Below, piece by piece: positions 1-9,848 of a stretch of 64,000 nucleotides of DNA. A program made the position numbers and the translations under genes. The number at the start of each line of letters is the position of its first letter. Position 1 is the stretch's first letter. Below the pieces are notes generated by a model. It made no database searches. It saw only the letters and a list, made by a program, of their open reading frames with translations, and had not been told where the DNA came from. Source of the stretch: Thermoanaerobaculia bacterium (lineage in GTDB: Bacteria > Acidobacteriota > Thermoanaerobaculia > Multivoradales > Multivoraceae); NCBI GenBank assembly GCA_963664405.1, contig OY761158.1:4256001-4320000 (forward strand), read 5' to 3'.

Positions 1-243
1 CGCCAGCGTTTGTTTGCCGCAATCCAGCAGAAGGTCGACGGCCAGGAAGTCACGGCGGCGCTCGATGAAGAGCCCAAAGCGAAGATTATCGATCTCATGG
101 AGGCGCTCAAGGCCAGCCTCTCCGATGCGTCGGCCGAGTCCGGTGTAGAGGACAAAGGCGAGGAGAAGGGGCGCAAGCCGGCGCGCCGTTCTCCGAGGTC
201 GGCAAAGAAGGCCTCGCTTCGCAAGCGGGCGATTGCGAAATAG
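1..243 (+). CDS. ku: Ku protein (NHEJ), C-terminal part, truncated at window start
   Basis: AAIQQKVDGQEV...KIIDLMEALKASL followed by a basic K/R-rich tail, typical of the bacterial Ku C-terminus. Confidence 0.85.
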   Translation, partial: RQRLFAAIQQKVDGQEVTAALDEEPKAKIIDLMEALKASLSDASAESGVEDKGEEKGRKPARRSPRSAKKASLRKRAIAK

Positions 244-244
244 C

Positions 245-772
245 ATGGCGAGGCACGTGGAGTCCAGCCAGATCTCCTTGGACTTTTCGGTCCCGCGACC
301 GCTGGCGCAGGTGACCTCGCTGCTGGACCGAGCCGGCGACTTGGCCAAGGCCGAGGGCCCGATCTGGAGCGTGGCGGAGCGCTACGAGCGAGGCTGTGAG
401 CTCGAGCCCGAGTCAGAGCAGGCGGCTCGTGCCGCCTATCGAGAGGTTCTCGCAGTCGATCCGGGCCACATCGACGCGCTCCTCAATTTGGGCCGTCTGC
501 TCCACGAAGCCGGCGATCTACGCGAAGCGGAGAGGCACTATCTGCGCGCGCTCGAGGAGGACCCCAGTGAGGCGACAGCCGCGTTCAATCTCGGAGTCGT
601 TCTCGAGGATCTTGGTCGCGACGACGAAGCGCTTACGGCTTACGAGCAGGCGGTCGCCGCTGATCCGACGCTTTCCGATCCCTACCACAACGCAGTACGC
701 CTCTACGAGGCTCGCGGCGACAAAGCCGGCGCCGTTCGTCTGCTGAAGAGATTCCGAGGGCGAAACGAATGA
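245..772 (+). CDS. Tetratricopeptide repeat protein, coupled to ku
   Basis: TPR-like repeats (ALLNLGRLL, AAFNLGVVL, PYHNAVRLY); ATG 245 lies 1 nt after the ku stop. Confidence 0.85.
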   Translation: MARHVESSQISLDFSVPRPLAQVTSLLDRAGDLAKAEGPIWSVAERYERGCELEPESEQAARAAYREVLAVDPGHIDALLNLGRLLHEAGDLREAERHYLRALEEDPSEATAAFNLGVVLEDLGRDDEALTAYEQAVAADPTLSDPYHNAVRLYEARGDKAGAVRLLKRFRGRNE

Positions 773-1046
773 GGTCGGCGTTAGCTACGAGCGACCGATT
801 TGTACTGGACAAGGTGTCCAATCGGTGGCTAGACTACGGCGCGCTTTCCTATCAAGCGCCAATAGATGTTTCGAGGCCAATCGCGTTTCCAAGAAGCACA
901 AGAATGCGTCGAGTTTGAAACGTACGGCCTTTCGCCGCGGCCGGGGAAATCCCGGCTAGATAGAGCGGCGCACAAGCTCGGCCCTCCACGCTGTGTGAAG
1001 GGTCCAAGTCGGTGTGTCGCAAGCCTGTTTGAAAAGGAGGTTGAGC

Positions 1047-1580
1047 ATCAGCAAAGACAGACAGCCTAGCAAGCGGACCCGGATCAATCGCGAGATTCGA
1101 TCGAGTCCGATACGCCTGATCGACGCTGACGGAAGTCAGCTCGGAATCGTCCCGCTCGAAGACGCCATTCGCCGAGCCGAAGAACAGACGCTGGATCTGG
1201 TCGAGGTCGGTGCCGAAGCCGATCCGCCGGTCTGTCGCATCATGGATTGGGGAAAGGTCAAGTTCGATCGCGACAAGAAGGCGCGAGAGTCTCGCCGACG
1301 AGCGACAACGATCGAGGTCAAGGAGGTCAAGTATCGACCGACGATCGATACTCATGACTTCGAGATCAAGACCAAACGCGCCCATCGCTTCCTCAGCAAG
1401 GGGAAGAAGGTCAAGGTGACCGTCTTTTTTCGCTATCGCCAGCTGCGGCGTCCCGAGCTGGGTACCAAGATCCTCGACGACGTCACTGAGCGCCTCGCGG
1501 AAGTAGGCCACGTCGAGACCCGGACCCGCCTCGAGGGTCGGCAGATGACAATGATCGTGGCCCCTGTGGCGGCCAAGTAG
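1047..1580 (+). CDS. infC: Translation initiation factor IF-3, non-canonical ATC start
   Basis: RINREI..IRLID..G.QLGIV, DLVEV, PPVCRIMDWGK, VKEVKYRP motifs; AGGAGG (1035-1040) 6 nt before in-frame ATC 1047. Confidence 0.95.
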   Translation: MSKDRQPSKRTRINREIRSSPIRLIDADGSQLGIVPLEDAIRRAEEQTLDLVEVGAEADPPVCRIMDWGKVKFDRDKKARESRRRATTIEVKEVKYRPTIDTHDFEIKTKRAHRFLSKGKKVKVTVFFRYRQLRRPELGTKILDDVTERLAEVGHVETRTRLEGRQMTMIVAPVAAK

Positions 1581-1681
1581 ACACCTGTTCCTCTGCCGAT
1601 GGCGGGCCCGCCTGTCCACCCCAGGCTCCCGCCTGTCCATCGCGGAGCGGAACCTTTCCCGGGAAGAGCGGGAGCCAGGTG

Positions 1682-2446
1682 TTATCTCGGCGCCATACGA
1701 ATCGCGCCGTCGAGACGGATGACTTCTCCGTTGAGCATGGGATTTTCTACGATGGCTTTGGCGAGCATCGCGAACTCATTGGGTTGACCCAGGCGCGAGG
1801 GGAACGGCACCTGTGCGCCGAGCGAGATTTTTGCCTCCTCGGGAAGACCGGCAAGGAGTGGCGTCTCGAAAATACCGGGCGCAATCGTCATTACACGAAT
1901 GCTCAGAGCCGCGAGATCACGGGCGATCGGTAACGTCATGCCGACGATGCCCCCCTTCGATGCCGAGTAGGCTGCCTGCCCGATCTGACCGTCGAAGGCG
2001 GCAACCGACGCGGTATTGATGATCACTCCACGCTCTTCCCCTTCGGGCTCTTGCGCGGCCATGGCTTCGGCGGCGAGGCGGATGACGTTGAAGGTGCCGA
2101 GGAGGTTGATGCCGACTGTCCTCGTGAAGGCCGCCATGGAGTGGACGCCTCGCTTGCCGAAGGTCTTCTCGGCGGAGCCGATGCCGGCGCAGTTGATGGC
2201 GCCGTGGATCGAGCCGAAAGTGTCGATTGTCGACTTCAGTGCGGCCGCGACGTCTTCTTCGCTCTGAACATCGGCCTTGGCGAAGATCGCTCGCTCGCCG
2301 ATGTCCCCCGCGGCCTTGCTACCGGTGTCTGAGTTGATGTCGAGGAGGGTCACATTGGCGCCGCTGTCGACCAGCAAGCGCGCCGTCGCGAGCCCCAGGC
2401 CCGATCCTCCGCCGGTTATCATGAAGGTCCGATTTTGAATCTCCAA
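1682..2446 (-). CDS. SDR-family 3-hydroxyacyl-CoA dehydrogenase (HSD17B10/type II-like)
   Basis: [44 protein letters not shown]. Confidence 0.9.
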   Translation of the reverse strand: MEIQNRTFMITGGGSGLGLATARLLVDSGANVTLLDINSDTGSKAAGDIGERAIFAKADVQSEEDVAAALKSTIDTFGSIHGAINCAGIGSAEKTFGKRGVHSMAAFTRTVGINLLGTFNVIRLAAEAMAAQEPEGEERGVIINTASVAAFDGQIGQAAYSASKGGIVGMTLPIARDLAALSIRVMTIAPGIFETPLLAGLPEEAKISLGAQVPFPSRLGQPNEFAMLAKAIVENPMLNGEVIRLDGAIRMAPR

Positions 2447-2470
2447 GTCGATTCTCCTTTTCTCTTCTTA

Positions 2471-4475
2471 GGGTCGGCGCGGAAATAAGTTTCCAGTATC
2501 TGGGGTGACCATACCACTGCCCCCTTCTTCAGCCACCGCATAATCCTCCGGTACGCGCCTTGTTTGCAAGGTTTAGAGCTAGCATAGCCCTGCCCGCATT
2601 TGGTATAGTTTCCCCTGTCACCTCTTTTGGAAGGGGAACTATACCAAATGGTACGAGCCGAAGATCGTGATGCAACAGTGCGCGAGCTCTTGATGAGCGA
2701 ACAGATGGCCACCATGGATGAGCTCAAGGACGCCATGGGAACCCGAGCCACCATGACGGTCTACCGTTCGCTGTCTCGATTGGGCTATTTGGCCAGCTAC
2801 TCGGATCGAGGGCGGTTCTATACCTTGAACGAGATTCCCGATTTCGACGATCTGGGTTTGTGGTCGTGCGGTTCGGCGAGGTTCAGTCGGCATGGCAGCC
2901 TCCTCGAAACTGCGGTGGCTGCCGTGGACCGGTCCGCTGCCGGCTATACGGCTTCTGAACTCGAGCTCCTGCTGCAGGTCGAGGTCAAGCACGCGATGTT
3001 GCACCTCGTTCGTCGCAAGAGAATCGTACGATCCAGAGTTGGGAAGAGGTTCGTATACTTGTGCTCGGAAACAGGGCGCCGTCGTCAGCAGAAGCTGATG
3101 CGCAACGAACGGCAGGCTCTCCAGGATGTAGCTGCCAGCCTCGTTCCAGAAGTGCTCCCCGAGGAGCTCAGGGCTGCCATCGTTTTATTCTTCAGCCTGC
3201 TAGACGAACGCCAGCGGCGGCTCTTCGCTGGCCTGGAAGCGACCAAGCTCGGGCATGGCGGCGACCGGAAGATCGCCGATCTTCTGGACCTGGACCCTCA
3301 TACAGTCGCAAAAGGACGTCGCGAGCTCTTCGGCGGCTCCGTGGAGCGCGGAAGAGTTCGAAGAGCAGGCGGTGGCAACCAACGAGTGGAAAAAAAACGC
3401 CCGAGATAGTCGATGGAATCCATTCCATACTCGAGGCCGATATAGCTGGTGATCCCATGTCATCAAAAAGATGGACGCACGAGACCGCTGCAAAGGTGGC
3501 CCAATGCCTTGCCGAACGCCTTGACATCATCGTATCGGCTACGGTGGTGCGTCGATTGCTCGCAGACCTGAACTATTCCCTCAAGAGCAATAGGAAATGT
3601 CTGTCTTCGGGGAACTCCCCAGATCGTGATGCACAGTTCAAGGCCATCAAGCGACTGCGCGAGGATTTCACAAGCGCTGGCGACCCGATCATCAGCGTCG
3701 ATACGAAGAAGAAGGAGCTGATCGGTCGGTTCAAGAACCAGGGACAGACATGGTGCCGCGAGGCCAAGCGGGTCAAGGATCACGACTTCCGGTCCGAAGC
3801 TCTCGCCATCGCCTCCCCCTATGGGATCTACGATCTTCAGAGGAACTTCGGCGTTCTCGTCCTCGGACAGTCGTCGGACACGCCGGAGTTCGCTGTCAAC
3901 AGCATCGCGACCTGGTGGCTCAAATACGGTCGATCTCACTATCCGGCGTCTCAGCGTCTCCTCATTCTTGCCGACAGCGGCGCAAGCAACGGCGCACGGC
4001 TTCGAGCCTGGAAGAAGTACCTCCAGGAGAAGCTCGTAGACAAGTGCGGCCTCATCATCACCGTCGCCCACTATCCAACTGGCACCAGTAAATGGAATCC
4101 CATCGAGCACAGGATGTTCAGCGAGATCAGCAAGAACTGGGCCGGAGTTCCTCTCGAGAGTTTCGAGATCCTCGTCAACCTCGTCCGCAACACGACGACA
4201 TCCACCGGACTGCGCGTCGAGCCGTGCCGTGATCAACGCCAATACCAGAAAGGAGTCAGGGTATCGGACAAGGAAATGCTGCAGCTCGCGGTGGCCAGGA
4301 GCGACTTCCTAGGAAAGTGGAACTACACCCTCTCGCCGAGACCGCGAACCGAGCAGGAAGAGCTTGCCCCACAGCCTGGGCTCAGCTCACCACCACCTCC
4401 AATGCAGCGACCGCCCTGTGGCGCCTCGGCCTCACACGCTCCGGCGATAATGTGAAGTTATTTCCGCGCCGACCC
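2471..4475 (+). mobile_element. ISAzo13-family insertion sequence, complete
   Basis: 18-bp perfect terminal IRs GGGTCGGCGCGGAAATAA / TTATTTCCGCGCCGACCC; 3-bp direct repeat TTA at 2468-2470 and 4476-4478; lower GC than flanks. Confidence 0.92.
2648..4455 (+). CDS. ISAzo13 DDE transposase in two ORFs joined by a probable -1 frameshift at A8 (3390-3397)
   Basis: ORF1 ends ...VEKKRPR*; the -1 frame continues KKTPEI..AGDPMS..WT, ISVDTKKKELIG, ADSGASN, HYPTGTSKWNPIEHRMFS. Confidence 0.88.
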
Positions 4476-4501
4476 TTAGTTGGGGGGCGTGATGATATCG
4501 G

Positions 4502-5431
4502 CTACCCCTCTCGTAGCCAATCGTCGATCAAGCGGCGGGCGATCGACAGCGGCGGGGGCAGCCTCACCTCACGGTCGAGGATCTGTTGCCGTGAGAACCA
4601 CCTGGCTTCCTCGAGCTCGCTCTCGTCGGCCCGCACTTCGCCGCGGCTTGCTCGAGCGTGGAAACCGAGCATCAGCGACGTAGGGAAGGGCCAGGGCTGG
4701 GAGGAGTGATACTCGCAGGCCTCTACCGCTACGCTGGCCTCTTCGGCCACTTCGCGACGGACCGCGTCTTCGAGACTCTCTCCAGGCTCGACGAAACCTG
4801 CCAGCGTCGAATAAACGCCGCGTGCCCAGGTTGCCTGCCTCCCGAGCAGACACCAGTCGCCGTCGGTGACCAGCATGATCACAGCGGGATCGGTCCGAGG
4901 GAAGATCTCCGCCGCGCATGACGAGCTCGAGCACCGCCGGAGGTGACCACTTTGCACCGAGTCAGTAGGCGCGCCGCAGACTCCGCAAAAGCGGTGACGC
5001 TGATGCCAGGTCATCATCGCCCTGGCGTAGGCGAGTAGCGCGCCGTCCCCGTGCTCGAGCAGGCCTCCGATCTGGCGTAGATCCGAGAACTCATTGTTGC
5101 TGTCGAGCCCGAGCTCGGCTAGAGGCTCGTCGAGCACAGAAACATCTGCCGCGAAACAGGCCTGCTCGCCCCTGTTTCCTAGGTAAACAAGGGTCCAAGC
5201 TCCACTGTCTAGAGAGTCGTGTCGCTCTCGCAGCTCGGCCATGGGCAAGAGCGCGGCGCAGGGTGGCTCTGAGCCGGTCTCATCCTCTTGCCGGATCAAG
5301 CTCCGTGATCGCCAGACGAAGGTGATCCGTGAGCCGGGGTCAGCCTTGGTGGTTCTGAGCCATGCCTCATCCAGCCGGAGGTGGGATTGCCGATCGAGGT
5401 CCGCGGAAGCGAACGAGTTCGGGGACCGCAC
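4502..5431 (-). CDS. nudC: NAD(H) pyrophosphatase NudC
   Basis: Zn ribbon FCGVCG, FPRTDPAVIM, Nudix box GFVEPGESLEDAVRREVAEE, SQPWPFP. Confidence 0.93.
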   Translation of the reverse strand: MRSPNSFASADLDRQSHLRLDEAWLRTTKADPGSRITFVWRSRSLIRQEDETGSEPPCAALLPMAELRERHDSLDSGAWTLVYLGNRGEQACFAADVSVLDEPLAELGLDSNNEFSDLRQIGGLLEHGDGALLAYARAMMTWHQRHRFCGVCGAPTDSVQSGHLRRCSSSSCAAEIFPRTDPAVIMLVTDGDWCLLGRQATWARGVYSTLAGFVEPGESLEDAVRREVAEEASVAVEACEYHSSQPWPFPTSLMLGFHARASRGEVRADESELEEARWFSRQQILDREVRLPPPLSIARRLIDDWLREG

Positions 5432-5436
5432 GAGTT

Positions 5437-6543
5437 TCAGTTGCTTCTGCGGTAGGCCATGGCTTCTGAGACTCGTTGCTTGCTGAGCTGGAGGGCGGCT
5501 TCTGCGGGAATCTGGCTATGGCGCCTAGCCAACTCCAGTACTTCTCGCGTGTTCTCGAGGATCTTTTCCTCGATGGCTTGAAAAGCCTGTGTCTGGGTGC
5601 CGCCGTGGTACTCCACCGAGGCGCAGATGACACCTCCGGCGTTGGCGACGAAATCGGGAACCGAGAGAATCCCGCGGTCGTGCAGGATGCGCTCGGCGCG
5701 GGGGGTGACCGGGATATTGGCTCCCTGCAGAATCATTCCGCAGTTGAGGCGTGGGGCGTTTGTCTCGTCGATTACGTCGGGTCTGGCGGCGGGGACGAAG
5801 ATGTCGCATTCGAGATCCAGAAACGCGTCGCGGTGCAGGATCTCGGCGCCGTCGTAGAGAGTGATGCGTCCGGTCTCTCGTTTGATCTCCACCAGGCGAT
5901 CGATGTCGAGGCCGCGGGGGCTATGGACGCAGCCGTCCAGATCGGCGGCCGTGGTGAGGATGGCGCCTTTCTCAGCCAGGAAGCGAGCCGTGTGCTGCCC
6001 GACATTGCCGAAACCTTGTATCGATACGCGACCGCCTTCGATCGAGACGTCGCAGAAGTCCTGAGCGACCTCACCGCATACCGCGAGGCCGAAGCCGGTG
6101 GCGCCAACTTGGTCGAGCGGAATGCCTCCCAGGACCTTGGATAGGCCGACCGACCGTCCGATCTCGTCGCGGATCCAGCCCATTGCGACTTCGTTGGTGC
6201 CGATGTCAGGCCCAGGGATGTAACCTTCCAGGGTCTTGATCGAGCGCGCGAACTGCCGAATAAGCGTCTCTTTGTTCGGGGCCGATGGGTCAGCCAAGAT
6301 GCCGGCCTTGCCGCCGCCGTGCGGTATGCCTGCGAGGGCGTTCTTCCACGTCATCGCCCGCGCCAGGCGAAAAACCTCCTCGCTACTGACGTCGGGCACC
6401 ATCCGGATGCCACCGATCGCTGGGCCCGCCGCGACATTGTCGATCACTACGATCGCCTTGAGGCCGGTCCTCGGCTCGTAGATGAAGATCGTCTTTTCGG
6501 GGCCGTACTCGTCGGCGTACTTGACGAAAATATTCTCAACCAT
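5437..6543 (-). CDS. Glu/Leu/Phe/Val dehydrogenase
   Basis: GPAIGGIR, LARAMTWKNA, GGGKAG, QGFGNVG, PDFVANAGGV. Confidence 0.92.
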   Translation of the reverse strand: MVENIFVKYADEYGPEKTIFIYEPRTGLKAIVVIDNVAAGPAIGGIRMVPDVSSEEVFRLARAMTWKNALAGIPHGGGKAGILADPSAPNKETLIRQFARSIKTLEGYIPGPDIGTNEVAMGWIRDEIGRSVGLSKVLGGIPLDQVGATGFGLAVCGEVAQDFCDVSIEGGRVSIQGFGNVGQHTARFLAEKGAILTTAADLDGCVHSPRGLDIDRLVEIKRETGRITLYDGAEILHRDAFLDLECDIFVPAARPDVIDETNAPRLNCGMILQGANIPVTPRAERILHDRGILSVPDFVANAGGVICASVEYHGGTQTQAFQAIEEKILENTREVLELARRHSQIPAEAALQLSKQRVSEAMAYRRSN

Positions 6544-6638
6544 GCGATAGCGGCCCTTCTGCCAGATTCAAGATCCTACCATCGCAGCTGGTGGCACCCG
6601 GGCTTGTCCGACGCGCCCGTCGCTTCTATGCTCTGGCG

Positions 6639-7928
6639 ATGAAGGACGCCGCCGAAGAGCTCAATTGCGACATTCGTGAGGGCGCGCCGGCGGTCTGGCG
6701 ATTGCTCTCTTCGCTTGGCCGTAGGGCGATCTACCCTCCAGACATTACTTTTCAGGCGGCCCAGGCCAGAGGCGCTCGTTACAACGCCAGTATCGGCCAG
6801 ATTACCAATGGCGCCGGAGCGGTTCTACCCGTTCCGTCTCTTCACGATCAGCTCGGTGGGTTGCGTGGTGATCGCGACGCAGCCCTTCTTTACTCGCCGA
6901 TCGAGGGAATGCCTGAGATGCGCCGCCTGTGGCGGGAGAGGCAGCGACGCGCCATCGAGAAGACGCCCTCCACCCTGCCGGTCGTGGTCGCGGGACTGAC
7001 TCATGGTCTCAGTCTCATCGCCGATCTCTTCTGTGAAGAGGGGCGTACGGTGGTCGCGCAGTCGCCCTGCTGGGGAAACTACAGACAGATTTTTTCTCTG
7101 CGGCGGGGAGCGAAGGTGGTGGCTGCGGAGGTGTTCGCGTCGGGAGCCTTTGACGCGGCCGCGATTCGCGACCGCCTCGCCGAGATTCCGCCGGGCGATC
7201 CGGCTGTGGTGATCTTGAATCTGCCCTCCAACCCCGTCGGCTACTCCCTGCGGGTCGACGAAAGACACGCTCTCGTGGAGATTCTCCTCGTCGCCGCTTC
7301 CGCGAGGCCCCTTCTCGTGGTCTGCGATGACGCCTACGCCGGTCTTGTCTACGAAGAGGGCATTCCGACTGCGTCACTGTTCTGGGAGTTGGCGGGTCGT
7401 CATCCGAACCTGGTGCCGGTCAAGGTCGATGGGGTGACCAAAGAGCTCGTCTTCTTCGGCGGGCGGGTGGCATTCGTGACTTTCGCGTTTGCTCCGGACT
7501 CCCCAGTCGCACTTGCGCTCGAGAGTAAGTTCAAGTGTCTATTGCGGGCGAGCATCGGGTCTTTGCCGTCGCTCAGTCAAGTGGCGATCACCTCTGCACT
7601 AGAGGCCCCCGAGCTCGATGCCGAGACCGACGCGGTACGGGCAGTGCTCGAGTCCCGCTACAGGGTATTGCGAGCCGCTCTCGATCAGGTACGGAGTGAT
7701 CTCGTTCGTCCTCTGCCCTTCAATTCCGGCTGCTTTGCCCTGCTCCCGCTGGCGGACGGGTTGGACCCCGAGACAGTGAGGGTGCATCTGCTCGAGGAGC
7801 ACGATACCGGGGTCATCGCGATTGCGCCCAACTACATCCGCCTCGCCTATTGCTCGCTGGCGGAAGAAGCGATCCCCGAAACGGTCCGCCGCGTCGCGGC
7901 AGGCCTGGAGGAATGTTTCAGCAGCTAG
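6639..7928 (+). CDS. PLP-dependent aminotransferase class I/II
   Basis: NLPSNPVGYS, CDDAY, KVDGVTKE..FGGRV motifs. Confidence 0.88.
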   Translation: MKDAAEELNCDIREGAPAVWRLLSSLGRRAIYPPDITFQAAQARGARYNASIGQITNGAGAVLPVPSLHDQLGGLRGDRDAALLYSPIEGMPEMRRLWRERQRRAIEKTPSTLPVVVAGLTHGLSLIADLFCEEGRTVVAQSPCWGNYRQIFSLRRGAKVVAAEVFASGAFDAAAIRDRLAEIPPGDPAVVILNLPSNPVGYSLRVDERHALVEILLVAASARPLLVVCDDAYAGLVYEEGIPTASLFWELAGRHPNLVPVKVDGVTKELVFFGGRVAFVTFAFAPDSPVALALESKFKCLLRASIGSLPSLSQVAITSALEAPELDAETDAVRAVLESRYRVLRAALDQVRSDLVRPLPFNSGCFALLPLADGLDPETVRVHLLEEHDTGVIAIAPNYIRLAYCSLAEEAIPETVRRVAAGLEECFSS

Positions 7929-8090
7929 TGCCGTGTCTCCGACATGGCTTACCAATATCTCGGCCCCTTTTGCCCGCTGCCGTCGTTGCGACTCGTCGAC
8001 ATATTCCCAATATGCCTGCCTCGTCGCTCCTTGACAGCGAACAAAATGACCTCGAGCTCTTGGCAAGCCATGTCGGAGACACAACACTAG
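7925..8090. repeat. Family A CTAG-bounded MITE-like structured element, copy A1
   Basis: IRs CTAGTGCCGTGTCTCCGACATGGCTT / AAGCCATGTCGGAGACACAACACTAG; core shared with 17860, 25877, 26039 and 51341; starts on the aminotransferase TAG. Confidence 0.9.
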
Positions 8091-8148
8091 CTCTTTGAAC
8101 CCCAAGATGTCTGGGTGGGAGCGTACGTCTGTGCGATCCCCGCCCAGA

Positions 8149-8808
8149 CTACGATACCGGGATCGAGTGCATCCCCGTCGCCTTCTCAGTGAGTGTGCGT
8201 AGCTCGTCGGCGATAGCGAGGCTGCTGCGCACGGCCGCGGAGGCGAGGTTCTGAAGCTCTTCGGTTAGTGCGTGCTTTTCCAACAGCTGGCGTCCCATCC
8301 GGTGATGCTGGATCTCTTCGGGGTGAATGATCTCTCGATAGAGACGTGCGGTCTCGAGATCTCCCACCGACTTGCAGAACTCGATGAATTGCGCGTTCCG
8401 AATCTCCGCAACGGCTTCTCGGGCGAAGGGACCCGCCGCCACTCGCTCGACCGTTGTCCGTAGACCACGAAGGTAATGGTAGAGCGGGCTGTAGCCCTCC
8501 GCCGCGGGGTCGTACTCGGACATGTCTTCACCGAGCTCGCCGAGGCGCTCGAGGATGAGGTTGTAATGTCTCATCTCGTCTCCGCATTGCTGAGCGAAGG
8601 TCATCTTCACGTCGATCTCCGGAGTGGTCGGCATCCAGTATCCGGCCAGCTCACTAGCCTCGATCTCGCTCTTCAGGGCGAATTTCAAGAGGGTGACCAC
8701 GTCCACCTGTCCGGACGATTCGGACTCGAGAGTCTGTTGCTCGCCGAGCTGAGAGAAGAGCTCGTCCATCAGCTCACGCAGGTGCTTGGCAAACTCGTAG
8801 CTATCCAC
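8149..8808 (-). CDS. Ferritin-like (di-iron four-helix bundle) protein
   Basis: E...DEMRH and E...EEIQH paired ExxH carboxylate/His pattern. Confidence 0.75.
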   Translation of the reverse strand: MDSYEFAKHLRELMDELFSQLGEQQTLESESSGQVDVVTLLKFALKSEIEASELAGYWMPTTPEIDVKMTFAQQCGDEMRHYNLILERLGELGEDMSEYDPAAEGYSPLYHYLRGLRTTVERVAAGPFAREAVAEIRNAQFIEFCKSVGDLETARLYREIIHPEEIQHHRMGRQLLEKHALTEELQNLASAAVRSSLAIADELRTLTEKATGMHSIPVS

Positions 8809-8906
8809 GTCGGCTTCCTCCGTCGAACGAGTCTAGCAGCCTCGTCGAGTTGAGCGGAGCTGAGTTTTCGCTCGGCGACGGCGGCAGAGCGGATAGACTG
8901 GGTTTC

Positions 8907-9782
8907 ATGTTGGCCTCATTCACTGCTGCCATGGCGCTCGCGCTGCTGTCCTCTGCGATGCAGCCGGTCAACACTGTGGATGGCCGCTACCACCTGCCCG
9001 AGAACATGCTCGCCGCGCAGGGCGAGGAGGCGATGGTCCGCTTCGTGCCGGGGACTCTCGACAGGGCGTCTCACCTCTTGCGCCGCTTGGATGTCCTCGT
9101 CATGGATCTTCGAGCGCGGATCAAGACTCCGACACCACTCATTGGCCTCATTCTTTCGAGAAGGCACTGGGAGGAGGCGGGATTCGAACTCCCTTATGGG
9201 CTCCCTGTCTTGATCGGGGCCGGCTCGATCGCGGTTCCGGCCGAAGGCGACGAAACGACGGCGAGGCGTTGGAAGACCTGGTTGGGGACCGATCTCCCAC
9301 CCGTAGCTGGCGTGCCGATGGTCGGAACTGCCGAGCACGCCTCTTCCCTGGTACTCGCCGATGTGCTGCTTCAGCGCGCCGTGTGCGCTTTCGTTCTTGG
9401 ACGCGTCACCTTTACGGGCTCGGAGCAGTGGATCCAGGCGCTCCTCAGTCAGTTTGCGGCCTACACGCTTTTCTCGCTGTACGAGCCCACCCGAGTGCCT
9501 GAGATCGAGATGGTTTACCAGCGACTGCTCCAGAATCTTCCGGTGCTTCTGGCGATCGAACGAGATCGTCCGCCTGGAGTCGAGCGTTGGCTCTTACGTG
9601 AAGCTCAATACTTTGAGGGTGCCTCCTTGATGTATGGGCAAGTCGGCGCCAAGGGCCTGGACCGTTTGATCAAGAAAGTTCGCAAGGAGAAGAGAGCGAT
9701 CACCCGAGAGACCCTGCTCGAGCTCCATCCGGAGCTCGAGCCATGGCTCGTCGAGGTGTCCGAGGACCTCGGCGTCTCCTGA
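8907..9782 (+). CDS. Hypothetical exported protein
   Basis: Long ORF with hydrophobic signal-like N-terminus (MLASFTAAMALALLSSA); no family recognised. Confidence 0.65.
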   Translation: MLASFTAAMALALLSSAMQPVNTVDGRYHLPENMLAAQGEEAMVRFVPGTLDRASHLLRRLDVLVMDLRARIKTPTPLIGLILSRRHWEEAGFELPYGLPVLIGAGSIAVPAEGDETTARRWKTWLGTDLPPVAGVPMVGTAEHASSLVLADVLLQRAVCAFVLGRVTFTGSEQWIQALLSQFAAYTLFSLYEPTRVPEIEMVYQRLLQNLPVLLAIERDRPPGVERWLLREAQYFEGASLMYGQVGAKGLDRLIKKVRKEKRAITRETLLELHPELEPWLVEVSEDLGVS

Positions 9783-9848
9783 CAACTCCACGCCCAGAGT
9801 GTGGGATAATCGGTCCTTCGCTCGCCGCGGCGGGAAGGTTTTTGTGAG

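Noticed and set aside
9783-9848. Moco riboswitch upstream of moaA
   Set aside because: Only 66 bp with one simple hairpin, too small for the motif
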